Source of the DNA: Chiloscyllium plagiosum
Lineage: Eukaryota
Reading direction: 5' to 3'
Length of the DNA: 64,000 bases
NCBI RefSeq assembly: GCF_004010195.1
Contig: NC_057718.1
Coordinates: 66,473,351-66,537,350 of the forward strand
In this document: positions 11,965-24,659 of the stretch, in pieces
How the letters are laid out: every line of letters starts with the position of its first letter
Numbering within the stretch: the stretch's first letter is position 1
Translations under genes and position numbers: made by a program
The notes under the pieces: model-generated
Seen by the model: the letters and a program-made list of their open reading frames with translations, nothing else
Told to the model about the DNA's origin: nothing
Database searches by the model: none

Positions 11965-12649
11965 TCACTTTGTTTTTCTCACTTAGCTTCAAACTCAGCT
12001 GAGCTGCTCCCTCACAGTTCCCACAACTCTCCTATTCCTGGCTTGTTGTCAGGAAGGTTAGCAGGTTTCCTCACAAACTACCTGGAGTGTTTGGGAAGAG
12101 AAGCATCCAGGTTGATTTACTCTGGGCTCAGAAGTTGCTTGAGAGAGAAGCATGCATCAAGTTCCAAAGTGCTAAGAAGTCTTTCAACAGAGTAAAGTGT
12201 ACTAAGCAATGTTCCAAAGAAAAGTAATTTAAACTAGAATGATGTTTTATTAGTCCCAGATTGAAGCGTTAAAGATACGTTCTGTGAGAAAGAAGTGACG
12301 TTTTTGAAGCTTATATAAAGTTAACTGTGTCAGGGACGGTATAGCACTGTAAGGAAACTAAGTTGGGAACATTATAATAATAATTTTTAAAGAGTTATCT
12401 ACACTTCCATCAGTGGAATCGAAATTTTAATCATTTTACACCCAAAGTATTCAAGCAAACAGTAAAATCTCTCTCTGAAATAGGGTATTAGATGTTTGCA
12501 GATTGCAACAATAGTGGCAATCTATATTCCTTTATAATACAGATTCATAGATTTTTAAACATGCAATAGAAATGATCCAAGCATGGTACAAATTATTCCT
12601 TTTTTCCTCCTCTTTATCTTTGTATTGGACAGGGGATGGCACCTTAGGG

Positions 12650-14290
12650 AAGGGATGGCATGTTAGTAGTATTGCTGGGTGAGTAATCCAGAGAACTGGC
12701 TAATGCTCTGGGGATCTGGGTTTGTATCCTATTCATGCAGATGGTGGATTTTGAATTCAATTAAAAATCTGGAATTTAAATTTTATTGATCATGAAACAA
12801 GTGTCATTTGTCAGAAAAATCCCATCTAGTTCACGAATGCCCTTTGGGGAAGAAAACTACCGTCCGTCCTTGATTTGGTCTGCATGTGACTGCAGACATA
12901 CAGCGATGTGGTTGAATCTTAACTGCCTCTGAAATTGCTTAGCAAGCCACTCAGATGTAATAACTACTGGAAAGTCTACAAAAAGCAATAAAATAAGATG
13001 GACCACCAGAAACGGTGGTGGAAAGGGTTGGCACAGTGGCTCAGTTGGCACTACTGCCTCAGAGTGCTCGGGACCTGGGTTCGATTCCAGCCTTGGTGAC
13101 TGTCTGTCTGGAGTTTGCATATTCTCCCCCTGTCTGCATGGGTTTCCTCCAGGTACTCCAATTTCCTCCCACAATCCAAAGATGTGCAGGTTAGGTGAAT
13201 TGGCCATGCTAAACTGCATTGTGTTCATTGATGTGTAGGTTAGGGTTAAATGCAGAGTAATAGGGTAGGGTGGGTTACTCTTCGGAGGGTCGATGTGGAC
13301 TTGTTGGGTCAGATGGCCTATTTCCACACTTGTAGGGATTCTATGATTCTATCAAACGGCAATAACAAACACAGCTCTGGTGAACTCCCTCAGACCATAC
13401 TTCCTTACTGACACCCTGGGTCTAGTGCCAAAATTAGGAGACCAGTCAAGCATCATCATGGCATAGTTATACTTACAGAATCATACCTTACAATGTTCCA
13501 TTCACTACCATCACCTTCTTTAGGTATGTCCTACTGAGCTAATGGGGCTAAGTGGCACAGTGATATACAGTCAGAAGGAAATTACCCTGGGAAACCTTTA
13601 CATTGACTGTAGACACCATGAAGTGTCATGGCATCGGGTTTCATGTTTATTGAATTCAAATTATACATCTACTGTGGGGGGATATGAGCTCAACTACCCT
13701 GACCATCATTTGAGTCTCCGGATTACTAGGTCAGTGATAACACCATGTTGCCGCCACCACCCCAATGTTTGCTAATTAACACATACCACCTGTTGGCTGT
13801 TTAATCAATAGTCCTCCATGTTGAACAACATTTGGAGGAAACGTTGGGGAGGCAAGGGTGCAGGATGTGCTATGTGAGGGGGGGACTTAAATCTCAACCA
13901 ATACGAGTGGCTTGGCAGCAGCAAGCTGGTCAAGTACCAAAGAACAAAGCTGCTGGATTGGGTCTTCAGCAAGTGGTGTGGGAACCACCAAGAGAGAAAA
14001 ACATGCTTGACCTCCTCCTCACAAATCTTTCTGCCACAGATGCATCTGTCCATGACGGTATTGATAAGTGTGGCAATTACACAGTCCTTGTAGCAGCAAA
14101 GTCCTGCATTGTGAACTGAATGGAATAGATTAACTCTAATAGCTCAAGACTAGGCATCCACGAAATGCGATGGACCATCAGCAGCAAGATTATACTCTAA
14201 TGCAATCTGCATCGTCCTAGTTTGGAATATCCCCAACTCTATCATTACCAGCAAGCCAGGAATCAACCCTGACTCAATCAAGAGCACTCC
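12650..14290 (+). mobile_element. 5' part of a LINE: tRNA-like head followed by apurinic endonuclease remnant, with an HE1 SINE inserted at 13025-13352
   Basis: Peptides GLVPKLG, IVILTESYL and LQQVVWEPPREKNMLDLLLTNL resemble an APE domain. The 5' end matches the head of 9400-9752. Confidence 0.7.
13025..13352 (+). mobile_element. HE1-like SINE
   Basis: ggcacagtggctcag...ggttcgattcc (A/B boxes), V-domain core, and tail ttccacact...gattctatgattctat. Confidence 0.88.
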
Positions 14291-14309
14291 TCAAGAAGGG
14301 TTACACCTA

Positions 14310-15297
14310 ATGGGTTTTGAGAGGGTTTGTAGCTCAGGTTGAGGTTCTGGGTGTAGGTTTGCTCGCTGAGCTGGAAGATTCGTTTTCAGACATTGCATCG
14401 CCATACGAGGTAGCATCTTCAGTGAGCCTCTGGATGAAGCACTGGTGGTGTAGCCTGCTTTCTATTTATATGTTTGGGTTTGTGATGTAATTTCCTACGA
14501 TGTCATTTCCTGTTCTCTGCAGGGGATGGTAAATGGGACCCAGAGTTCCGGTTGGAATGCCATGCTTCTAGGAATTCTCATGCAGTCTCTGTTTGGCTCG
14601 TCTTAGGATGGATGTGTTGTCCCAGTCGAAGTGGTGTCCTTTCTCATCCATATGTAAGGATAGTAGTAAGAGGGGGTCATGTCTTTTTGTGGCTAGTTGA
14701 TGTTCATGTATTCTGGTAGCTAATTTTCTGCCTGTTTTGACAATGTAGTGTTTGTTACAGTCCTTGCAAGGTATTTTGTAAATGACATTAGTTTTGCTTG
14801 TTTGTAGAGGATCTTTCAAGTTCATTAGCTGCTGTTTTAGTGTGCTGGTGAGTTTGTGGGCTACCATGATGCCAAGAGGTCTGAGTAGTCTGGCAGTCAT
14901 TTCTGAGATGTGTTTGATGTAGGGGAGAGTGGCTAGACTTTCTGGGTGTCTTTTGTCTGCTTGTTTAGGTTTGTTGCTGAGAAATTGGCGAATTGTGTTC
15001 TCTGGGTATCTGTTGTTTTTGAATATACAGTATAGGTGATCTTATTCTGCTCTGCGTAGTTCCTCTGTGCTGCAGTGTGGTGGCTCTTTGAAATAATGTT
15101 CTAATGCAGCTTCGTTTGTGGATGTTGGGATGATTGCTTCTGTAGTTCAGTATTTGGTCCGTGTGTGTTGTTTTCCTGTAGATGCTCGTTTGAAGTTTCC
15201 CATCAACTGTTCGCTATACTGTGACATCTAGGAATGGCAGTTTGTTGTTTTTTTTCTCCTCTTTAGTGAGTTTTATGCCAGTAAGGGTATTACTGAT
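14310..15297 (-). mobile_element. Penelope-like element, Poseidon type (RT C-terminus, GIY-YIG, 3' UTR)
   Basis: ORF 14568-14900 reads NVIYKIPCKDCNKHYIVKTGRKLATRIHEH. A degenerate hammerhead lies at ~14386-14425. Confidence 0.88.
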
Positions 15298-15307
15298 TTG
15301 GGTATTA

Positions 15308-15579
15308 TACATCAAAGACATCTAGGAAATGACTGCCAGGCTACTCAGACCCCTTGGCATCATGGTAGCCCACAAATCCACCAACACATTAAAACAGCAG
15401 CTAATGAACTTGAAAGACCTTATACAGACAACAAGCAAAATTAATGTCATTTACAAGATACCTTGCAAGAACTGTAACAAACACTACATTGGACAAACAG
15501 GCAGAAAACTAGCCACCAGGACACACGAACATCAACTAGCCACAAAAAGGCATTACCCACTCTCAATAGTATCCTTGCA
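15308..15579 (+). mobile_element. Inverted partial copy of the same Poseidon-type Penelope element (GIY-YIG)
   Basis: ORF 15329-15610 reads VIYKIPCKNCNKHYIGQTGRKLATRTHEH and is the reverse-complement match of ~14651-14921. Confidence 0.88.
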
Positions 15580-16109
15580 TTTTAAAATGAAATGGAAACT
15601 GCAATTTTGAGCAAATTCCCTAATTTCTAACTTGCAAACAGCACTAAAACAAATGAACACTATTAAAAAATGTCTTAAATGTTTTGCTCAACAAATTCCA
15701 ATTAGTTTTATTAGAAATGTCATCCCTGCCCCAAACATAATAAATCTGTGTTGCCTTTTCTGCTCAGTTGTTCCTCCTTAATTATAGCTTCCAATAACCA
15801 CCCCAACAACAGAATTTAGATAGGCAGGTTTCTTTTTAAATGCGGATTTACTTTGCAAATTTTCAGAGAGAGGAGACTATTTCTAAATTGAGGCAGCGCT
15901 GGATGACTATGGCTAAAATATATGCAATTCCCTGTCATGCTGCTGCTGCTAGTCCTATTCTTACCAGGAGATTTGCTGTCATAGTATATCATGTTCATCT
16001 ATCTTGAACGTGCACTTTAGATTTTCTTTAATCACTCAATGTCATCCATTGTCCCAACTATGTCTAAATCAACCTTTTTGTCTCTTAGATTATCTTTTAA
16101 GACCCTTAA

Positions 16110-16953
16110 TTTGATCAAGGTTCCCCATGGGAGACTGATTAGCAAGGTTAGATCTCACTGAATACAGGGAGAACTAGCCACTTGGATACAGAACTGGCTC
16201 AAAGGTAGAAGACAGAGGGTGGTGGTGGAGGGTTGTTTTTCAGTCTGGAGGCCTGTGACCACTGGAGTGCACAAGGATCGGTGCTGGGTCCTCTACTTTT
16301 TATTATTTACATAAATGATTTGGGTGCGAGCATAAGAAGTACAGTTAGTAAGTTTGAAGATGGCACCAAAATTGGAGGTGTAGTGGACAGCGAAGATGGT
16401 TATCTCAGATTGACCAGATGGGCCAATGGACTGAGAAGTGGCAGATGGAGTTTAATTCAGATAAATGCAAGGTACTGCATTTTGGGAAAGCAAATCTTAG
16501 CAGGACTCTTACACTGAATGGTAAGATCCTAGGGAGTGTTGCTAAACAAAGAGACCTTNNNNNNNNNNNNNNNNNNNNNNNNNNNNNNNNNNNNNNNNNN
16601 NNNNNNNNNNNNNNNNNNNNNNNNNNNNNNNNNNGTCTTTTCCCTAGGGTCAGGGAGTCCAGAACTAGAGGGCATAGGTTTAGGGTGAGAGGGGAAAGAT
16701 ATAAAAGAGACCTACGGGGCAACTTTTTCACACAGAGGGTGATAAGTGTATAGAATGAGCTGCCAGAGGAAGTGGTGGAGGCTGGTACAATTGCAAAATT
16801 TAAAAGGCATTTGGATAGGTATATGAATAGGAAGGGTTTGGAGGGATATGGGCTGGGTGCTGGCAGGTGGGACTTGATTGGGTTGGGATATCTGGTCGGC
16901 ATGGATGGGTTGGACCGAAGGGTCTGTTTCCATGCTGTACATCTCTATGACTC
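16110..16953 (+). mobile_element. CR1 (HER1-like) LINE, 5'-truncated, with an assembly gap at 16559-16634
   Basis: Peptides QGSVLGPLLFIIYINDL, WQMEFNSDKCKVLHFG and RGNFFTQRV, ending in the tail ...ctgtacatctctatgactc. Confidence 0.92.
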
Positions 16954-17639
16954 AAAGGTATCAATTTTGCTCTGATTATTGAGCTGAATTTTCTCAGTCC
17001 TGTGAAACAATTTTTGGATTTGGGATCAGGGCAAATTAGACAATCTCACTTTGGGCCAAATCTGTAGTGCAATCCCTCTTCTGAATGCTCTTTCCTGAGC
17101 CAGAGTCTGACCAGCAGCGTCTGGCAGAGGTGGACCATTAATTGGGCCTAATTAAGTGCCCACTTTGGAGTTGCAATTGGTGATATTGTCAGAACCTTCA
17201 TGACAGCAAATAGCTCCCACTGTTAAGGCTGAAATATGTAATTCCCTGGAGCTTCTCTCTTTTATTATGCCCCCACTGGGCAGAGCCATGGGTATCAGAG
17301 GGCAACAGATATAGCTTTCAAAATCCTGTGGCAGGTCTTCAGGGCGTACCTCTACCTACATTGATACATGTTCTGATGGTGCTGATGGCTACACATTGCT
17401 GTGGATTCTTTCATTGGGCTGTTGATTCCCTGGTACACTTGCCAAATTTAATTGGATCTCTAATTGGCACACTCTCTGAAGACTGACCAACATTTTGTTA
17501 TGGGCATAGAAGTGGCCCAGACCATTGTGATTCAGACATTGGCATCCCAGGTATCTCAGCAAACCCCAGTCCACCCTTGCTTAAAGTTACTCCCAACAAC
17601 AAAGTTAGATTGATTATTCTGTAACTGTTGTTTTGAGTA

Positions 17640-17769
17640 ATCTAGCAAGTACAGTTCTCCAGTTTTGTTACGCTGTTCTCATATTTGCCAATTTTCGCAT
17701 TTTCATCTAGCAAGTACAGTTCTCCAGTTTTGTTACGCTGTTCTCATATTTGCCAATTTTCACATTTTC
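17640..17769. repeat. Tandem duplication, 2 x 65 bp
   Basis: atctagcaagtacagttctcc...cattttc occurs twice with one mismatch. Confidence 0.9.
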
Positions 17770-19545
17770 GTTTTGCAATCGACTTTATTCATTACTATAA
17801 GATGTTGCTTAAAACTTTCACAAAGGTCTTGTCAAGTCAACCTCATATCTCTTTTGTGTGACAGTATATTTGTTTAATGTTTTTGTGAAGCATGTTAGGA
17901 TGCTTTGCTCTGTTAAAGGAGGTGTATGAATGTATCTTGTTATTTACCCAAGTAGCAGTTTGCCCAAAGGCCAATTAGCTCATATAAAATTGTTGCCACT
18001 GCTTTTGGATAAAATCTTAATAGGTTTACAAATGTGTAGCCTCAGACTTGCTTTGCCTTTTTATATCTTCAGGGCATGGCACATAGCACTCTTCCAGTAA
18101 AATGAATCAACTGCAACTTTTTTAATCATATAAAGTTTACATCTGATCCAATTTTAAACTTATCTAAATTTCCCTCAAATTGTTTATAGTTCTTTAGGGA
18201 TTTAACTATCCTTTATATAACTGAATTAAGCACCACATTATAATTAAAATATTTGATTACTCTCTCAAGTGTATTTACACATAAGTAAATAAGATGGTGC
18301 AACATTGATATTAAGTGTAGATCTAATGCTGACTGGAGCTGTTCTGTCTTGGAACTGGAGTAAAGGGGCTTTCATCAAAACAAAATACTTTATTATGTTA
18401 TGAGTAAAAATGTTATCCTGCTCAGAAAATTCATGCATGGCAGTGTACCTCAATAAGTAAACGGTACTGGAGTTGAAATGTAAAAATACTTATCTTTTCT
18501 ATATTTTATAACTCTTTGGGCACTATCTTTGACTGTTCATACACTATAATAACTGAATCATTGCAAACAGTAATGTGTGAGCAGCAGAAATGTAGTTATA
18601 CTGTTACTCATACTATTAATGATTTTTACAAGAAAGTGCACATAACTTCTGAAAACCCTTCTCTTTCTAATAGTTTATCAATGCAATAGGATGTTTCCCT
18701 TTAGCAACATAAGCATTTTAAAAGTTCTGACTAGAGTAATTGTATAGCAGAATGGATTAAAATATCTAATTTGCCACAAATGGGAGTGAAGCCTAAATGA
18801 CGCATCTCCAATGTTCCTGCTGTTTAACCAACTCAAAACCCTGACATCTGCTGGCATTGGATGCGAGACATTTGCAGTGTAAGATATCTCTCAAGTAAAT
18901 TTCAGTCAGATTTAGGAGGTAGTTGCTGAAATGAATTTTATGATAAGTATCAAATGCTGCAGAGAAATAAATTTTGAATTGGGTGCAGAAGCAAGTATTG
19001 CAGAGTAATTACTTAGTATTTAGCACAATGTCAGAAAAATAATTAATCCAGCACCCTTGAAGCAGGATGGTATTAGCAGTTTCTGGCTGTCTCTTTGAAA
19101 AAGAAACCAAGGAAAAGTTCAAATGTTTAGATTGTTGTCTGATTGCAGGTTTCTGTTTATGATATTTCTGAGTTTAGTTACTGATTAGTGTTTTCACTAG
19201 ATTCTTGGTGTCATTTACAGCCAGGTAGGTCTATGGCAATACATTGAACAATTGATGTGTTTGTCGCCTTGCATCTGAGTAAATGAACGATTTGTTCTTT
19301 TATTTTTTCTTTCAAAAGCCCTGTGACATGTATCATCTAACTTCACGTTTTTTAAAAAATTCTTAAAAGTCTACCTCTAAATGTGACTTAGTTGATATTG
19401 TATTCTGAATTGCAAGTGAAAAGCATTTTTAAATTGGAATTCAACAGGACATTGTAGCTTTGAATTGAATCAGTAATAACACTACAACAAGAGAGCTTTA
19501 CACACTGTTTTACAAAGAAAATGGTTAAATTTTTGTAAATTTCAG

Positions 19546-19646
19546 ATTTCACTAGTGTGCCAGATGTGCCAGCTCTGACAAGAAGTATCCCAACAGACTT
19601 TGTGGAGTCATTGTATCAGGATGAAAATACTGAATCATTTTTAAAG
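19546..19646 (+). CDS. TIAM2: TIAM2 coding exon, PDZ-DH linker (DFTSVPDVPALTRSIPTDFVESLYQDENTESFLK)
   Basis: Acceptor tttcag|, consensus donor AAG|gtaagt, 101 nt, phase 1-0, bridging the phases of both neighbouring exons. Resembles recalled human DFSNVPDI...EQTFR. Too short to appear in the ORF track. Confidence 0.85.
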
Positions 19647-22089
19647 GTAAGTGCTGACACTCTGTTAGTGCTTTGTAAACTACCGCGTGAGCTACATTTC
19701 TGAACAGAACTCTACATAAGATAGAATCAGCATTTAAGTTTTTCATAGGCTGGTACGTTGCTTTCCTTGGCTTTGGTAAATATCAGAAGTAAATAATTAG
19801 AATGACAGAATATATAGTATATACTAAGACAGAAATATTGGTGTAGACGTTGTGAATTTTAGGTCGCTCTTAATGAGGTTCCAAGAAAACAACAATGAAA
19901 GGCTTAATGTTTTATTTCCATGTTGAAATCCATTAAAAATAATCAACCTAACTCATTTCTGTTGTTTAATACCGGTCTAACATTTCAATTTCGTTTTGAC
20001 TCCAGCGGTTTTCAAAACTTAACATTTAGATGCCTTCACTTCGAAATATGTTTGCAAAAGCATTAGATTTGCTTATGAGAGTATTCTTTCTCATGTGTTT
20101 ATTCTTAGTTTTCCGTTGAAAGGATTGAAATGTTAGTAACTCTAATCTGTTTAGATGCATGTTGTAGTTTTAATCGCTCCTTTCTCTTTTCCATTTTCCC
20201 ATGTGAGAAGGCTTTTATTCTTTAAAGTAGTACAGTTGGAAGGCCTTCAGTATCTCAACTAAGTGACCAATATTTAAAACTTTGGGTTTCAGGCTATTCC
20301 ACCATGGAGGGTATTATATCCAATCTTGGTTTTAGGAGCCCTTGGCCACTCACAATCAATAAGGGATTGTGGCTGTTTAGTTTCCTCCACCAAATGATCC
20401 AGAATGTTTAGACTGACTTGCACTTTGTTAACTCGGCATATTTCAGAAACAAGATAGTCCAAGAGTTATGTAAAAGTTGATAACACTCCCTCTGCATCTC
20501 TTTCTCCTCACTCCTTGGTGAATATAATCCCCAAGAGCTCCCTTCAGCAGACCATTGTAGATTAGAACCGAACAGAAACTGGAAACTTGCTGTGCAAGTA
20601 CAGCCTGAGTAGCATTTCATCCCAATCTATTTGAAAGTAACCATTTGTTAATGTTTTTTGCATTGTTCAGATTTAACTTTTAGTTGTACAAGCAATATTT
20701 ATTTGGCTCAGTGCTGATATATATTTTGTGAAATTGGCTAAGTAGTTATGGTCAGAGTGTCATGCTAAATAATACGAAATTTAGTGTGTCAATCTCTTAC
20801 ATCCTTATTGAAATAAATTGTGTATTTTACTTTTTTGTTTTGAATAATTAGTAATCAAAACTAGGACCAGAAATTATGTGCCTGCAGAATAATCTATTCA
20901 AATATTTTGAAAGGCTATCTTCGGTTAACTATGACAATTGTTATTAAAAACAATGCAATCCACATGCACATTCTCAAAATTCAAAATTAATTTTGAGTCT
21001 CTATAAAAAAAATGCGATATGAGAGAGAATTAGCCCATGTTTTCTGCTCCCTTTCAGCCCCTTGAAGGTTCATTGTACTGACATTCTGCATTAAACTGAT
21101 GTGTCTTGATGCAGTGAATAAATGCATTCAAAGTGCTGTTGAAATTTGCAGAAATAGGTGTGGCAAAATGCAGAAATAACCCAAATATTCGTTAAAAATT
21201 TCACAATAAAAATCCCCCAATACATTTCGGTTAACTGTTCTGGTGGAAATGTTTTACAAACCAAGTTTGTCACAAGAAAATTACACAACTCAAACTAAAA
21301 AAAAACTCAATTATTGCAGAAAGTACACAGTGAGTCACTCAACCTATCATTTCCCTATCCAGCTGTTAACTTTTTGGCTGTCAATGCTTTGTTTAAAGTA
21401 CTCCAATCATGTGATGCACCAAATTAATCACTCCTTTTTCTCACAATATTCAAAGTGCTTGCTGTGTATTTCCAGAAATTTATGTTTTTAGTTACTGGTG
21501 TCTGTGATTGAAGCTGGCTGATTAAATACCGTTCAGAATCAGTGAGCTGAGATGCAAGTTCAGTTACAGTGCTGTCAGATCAATTTGAAGCTCATCATTG
21601 ATTCTAGTGGTGAGTCATTGTGTGTCTCATGTAAAGAACACAGTATTTTCACTAATTCATCAGGCTTTCATTCTGGAACTGATGCCCACCAGAGCATTCA
21701 GATGGCTTCCTGAATGGAGTTGGGCTAACAAAAATGTTCCATAATTTTTTTTCATCGGAAAAGTGATCCATTTGTTCAAAGGATATTTCAAACGTAGAGT
21801 ATTCATCATTACGCCTCCTAACAAAGAAATTGCATTGTATGCAACACTTCAAAGCCCTTCATAAATCTAAAAGAATTTCACATGAAGAGAATTGCTATTT
21901 AATTATTTGGATAAAATTGCAGTTATTTTACAAAAACCCATAAAATAGCCCATAAGTGATTGGTAACTTTTTTGGTTAAGTACATTGTAGAATAATATTC
22001 ACTAAAGACTCGGGAGGCCTTTTGCTCTGCTTGAAATAGTGTCATGAAATCTTTAACAAGCAGTGGAACTATTAGCGTAGACAGATTGT

Positions 22090-22344
22090 GGACGGCACGG
22101 TGGCACAGTGGTTAGTACTGTTGCCTCACAGCACCAGAGACTTGGGTTCAATTCCCGCCTCAGGTGACTGACTGTGTGGAGTTTGCACATCCTCCCCGTG
22201 TCTGCGTGGCTGCCTGACCTGCTGTGCTGTTCCAGCAATAAAGTTTCAACAATGGGTCTGGGTGAGTTGTGCTTCGGCGGGTCGGTGTGGACTTGTTGGG
22301 CCGAAGGGCCTGTTTCCACACTGTAAGTAATCTAATCTAATCTA
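22090..22344 (+). mobile_element. Chimeric HE1 SINE with its middle replaced by 42 bp of Penelope terminus
   Basis: HE1 head at 22090-22208; 22209-22250 is identical to 10423-10464; HE1 tail with (TCTAA)n at 22251-22344. Confidence 0.85.
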
Positions 22345-22934
22345 GGATTTTAATTTAACATTTTACCCAAAATAGGTCATCCTTGACAAAATAGCATTTC
22401 TGTTTCATGAACATAGAAGCCTAGATCTTGGCAAGCTTACTGCAAGCAACATGTTATCGTGATGTGAAAGGTAGATAAAGCACGGACAAGATGTTGTAGA
22501 GAATCGATGGTGAATCGTAATCTGCATATCAAAAAAGTAATCGCTTTTGTTTTGACAATCTTCCTATATTTATGTCTAAAAACAAATTGATTCCTGTGTT
22601 TGTAAGAATTCCTAATTTTTATAACTTGAATTTGAATTTAAGAGAATGCAGCTTTGAAACTGAAGTTTTATTTGAGCTTTAAAAGTAAAACTCCAAGTTG
22701 CACTTCAAATTAGTAAACAATTTCATTGTGATCTGTGGTTGAACATTGTACTAAGGCTGTGAAAATATTTACATTTCCTGTTTGCTTTGACCCAGTTTTG
22801 ACCATTTAAGGAGGAAGCCGTACTATTTGAACTCCATATCCTGCTTCAAATATGAAGAATTGCTGCAGCTGGTGTCACTCTAGTGATGCAGCTTATAACT
22901 TATTTAAATATTCTCCCTTCATTCTCTCAGCTTT

Positions 22935-23045
22935 AGGGTGCTAGTGGCACAGCAGTTGTTTACTGTTCACTGAGCCCAGAGATCCAGTTTCAAGTCCCAC
23001 CTGCTCCAGCGGTGTGTCATAGCATCTTTGAACAGGTTGATCAGG
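22935..23045 (+). mobile_element. Short tRNA-derived SINE-like repeat (more decayed relative at ~7625-7725)
   Basis: B-box-like tttcaagtccc followed by tccag...tgaacaggttgat, a pattern shared with ~7625-7725. Confidence 0.45.
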
Positions 23046-24659
23046 ATTTTATCCCTTTGGCTCAAAATGTGATGCTACATAATCCTAAGATTTCCTTAAG
23101 AGCTACCACCCACTGCAGTAAAATTTTATTCAGCAGCCTGTTCATGCCTTAAAACAAAATGCAGGATGAGTAAATGGCAATAGAAAAACAGCAAGACAGG
23201 CATTTAATTTCGAGTTGCAAGTTGTTCGTGTGGCGCAGAATCCTTAAGCAGCTCCAATACCGGCTATCCAGTAAGAAGTTGTGTTTTCATTAACAATTTT
23301 AAAAAATTGGATGTGGTCCACTTTCTGCAAGTATATAATTCTTTGTCATTGGAGATGTAGTAAGATCATAGTTCATTTAAGTGAGTGCATCTTCAGAAGT
23401 GAAATTAGGAGTTTAAGGCGCTAGAGGAAGAATCCATTTTTGGTGCTGTTTTGTAACCTTGGGATCCTAAGTAAAATGTGGCTTAATGAATTGCAGCTGT
23501 GTGCCAGTTTCTCAACAGTAATGCTACCACTGAGTGCTATGTAATTTTATGTACCATTATCATCTGAAAGCACCCATTACTGTCAAAGCTGCATTCAAGC
23601 TTTGTCAGCTCCATTGGTATAGTCTTTGAGCTATGAATAAAATTATAATGTGACAGGAGGAGAATTGTACTTCTTGCAGAAAAAAAGACAAATGATCTCT
23701 TCCAAAAAAGGCAACTTATTACTGCAGCTTAAGTGAACCTACAGCAGGCTTCATCCATATATATATAATCTAAAAGTAATTTTGAAACACAAAATGATGT
23801 TTGTGTCATACTGCAGTTGCTTCTATAACAATGTTGTGTAGTGCGAATCATCTTTATGAACATTATGCATGGTGACAAAAGGGGGAAGCTTATACATTTG
23901 ATGTTATCTGCCCTCAAACCATTTCCTATTGGTGGACAATGATGTTTGAAGGCAAGGAGGAAGTATTGAGAAGCATCTGTATTTCTGTTTATTGCTCTTT
24001 TAAAGTTGATTTTGTGACATTTGCTTTGCTTTCCACCTCGGGTTTTCCATTTCTTAAGTTTAAAAACACAGTGAGTGTCAAGTCACTCTCTGGATTCGGC
24101 TAGATGTTTTTTTATTCCCCGCTCTCCCAGAGTGTGGATCTTTGAACAGCAGCACAGGTAAGATCATGTCAAAGCACTGTTTGAAGTCAAGTTCTGAAAT
24201 ATAATAATTAAATGAAAGAAAAATATTTAAAAATGCCTCCAAATGTAATGTTGCTTTTAAATAATGAAAGTATCACTAGTGTTGAATGATGTCATAGGTC
24301 TCCAATCATCATCCATGCCAAAAGTACAATTTAGCAACTGTGCAGTTTTAATGTCAGCTTCCAAATGTATCCAGCCCTCATTTGAACAAGTTTGAAGCAT
24401 GTTATTTTAGCAAAATTGTTACTACATACATAATTGCCTCCTAGCTTAGATTATTTCACATGCTTTCTGAAATGCTTTGGTGTATGCTACTGCACAACAA
24501 AGCTTGTAGTAATTTTAACTTTTATAGAAGAATATTTATAAATGAGGTAGATAATCTGTAGTAACAACAACTACAGTAACATTGAAGAATGGAGCACTTT
24601 CAGGAAAATGAAAACTATGATTATCATGTCAATTATGTTTTTTTAGCAGTCACAGAAAA

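Noticed and set aside
20293..20411. Perfect Kozak ccaccATGG after an acceptor-like tttcag
   Set aside because: The frame closes after ~35 codons with no suitable donor and no recognisable homology.
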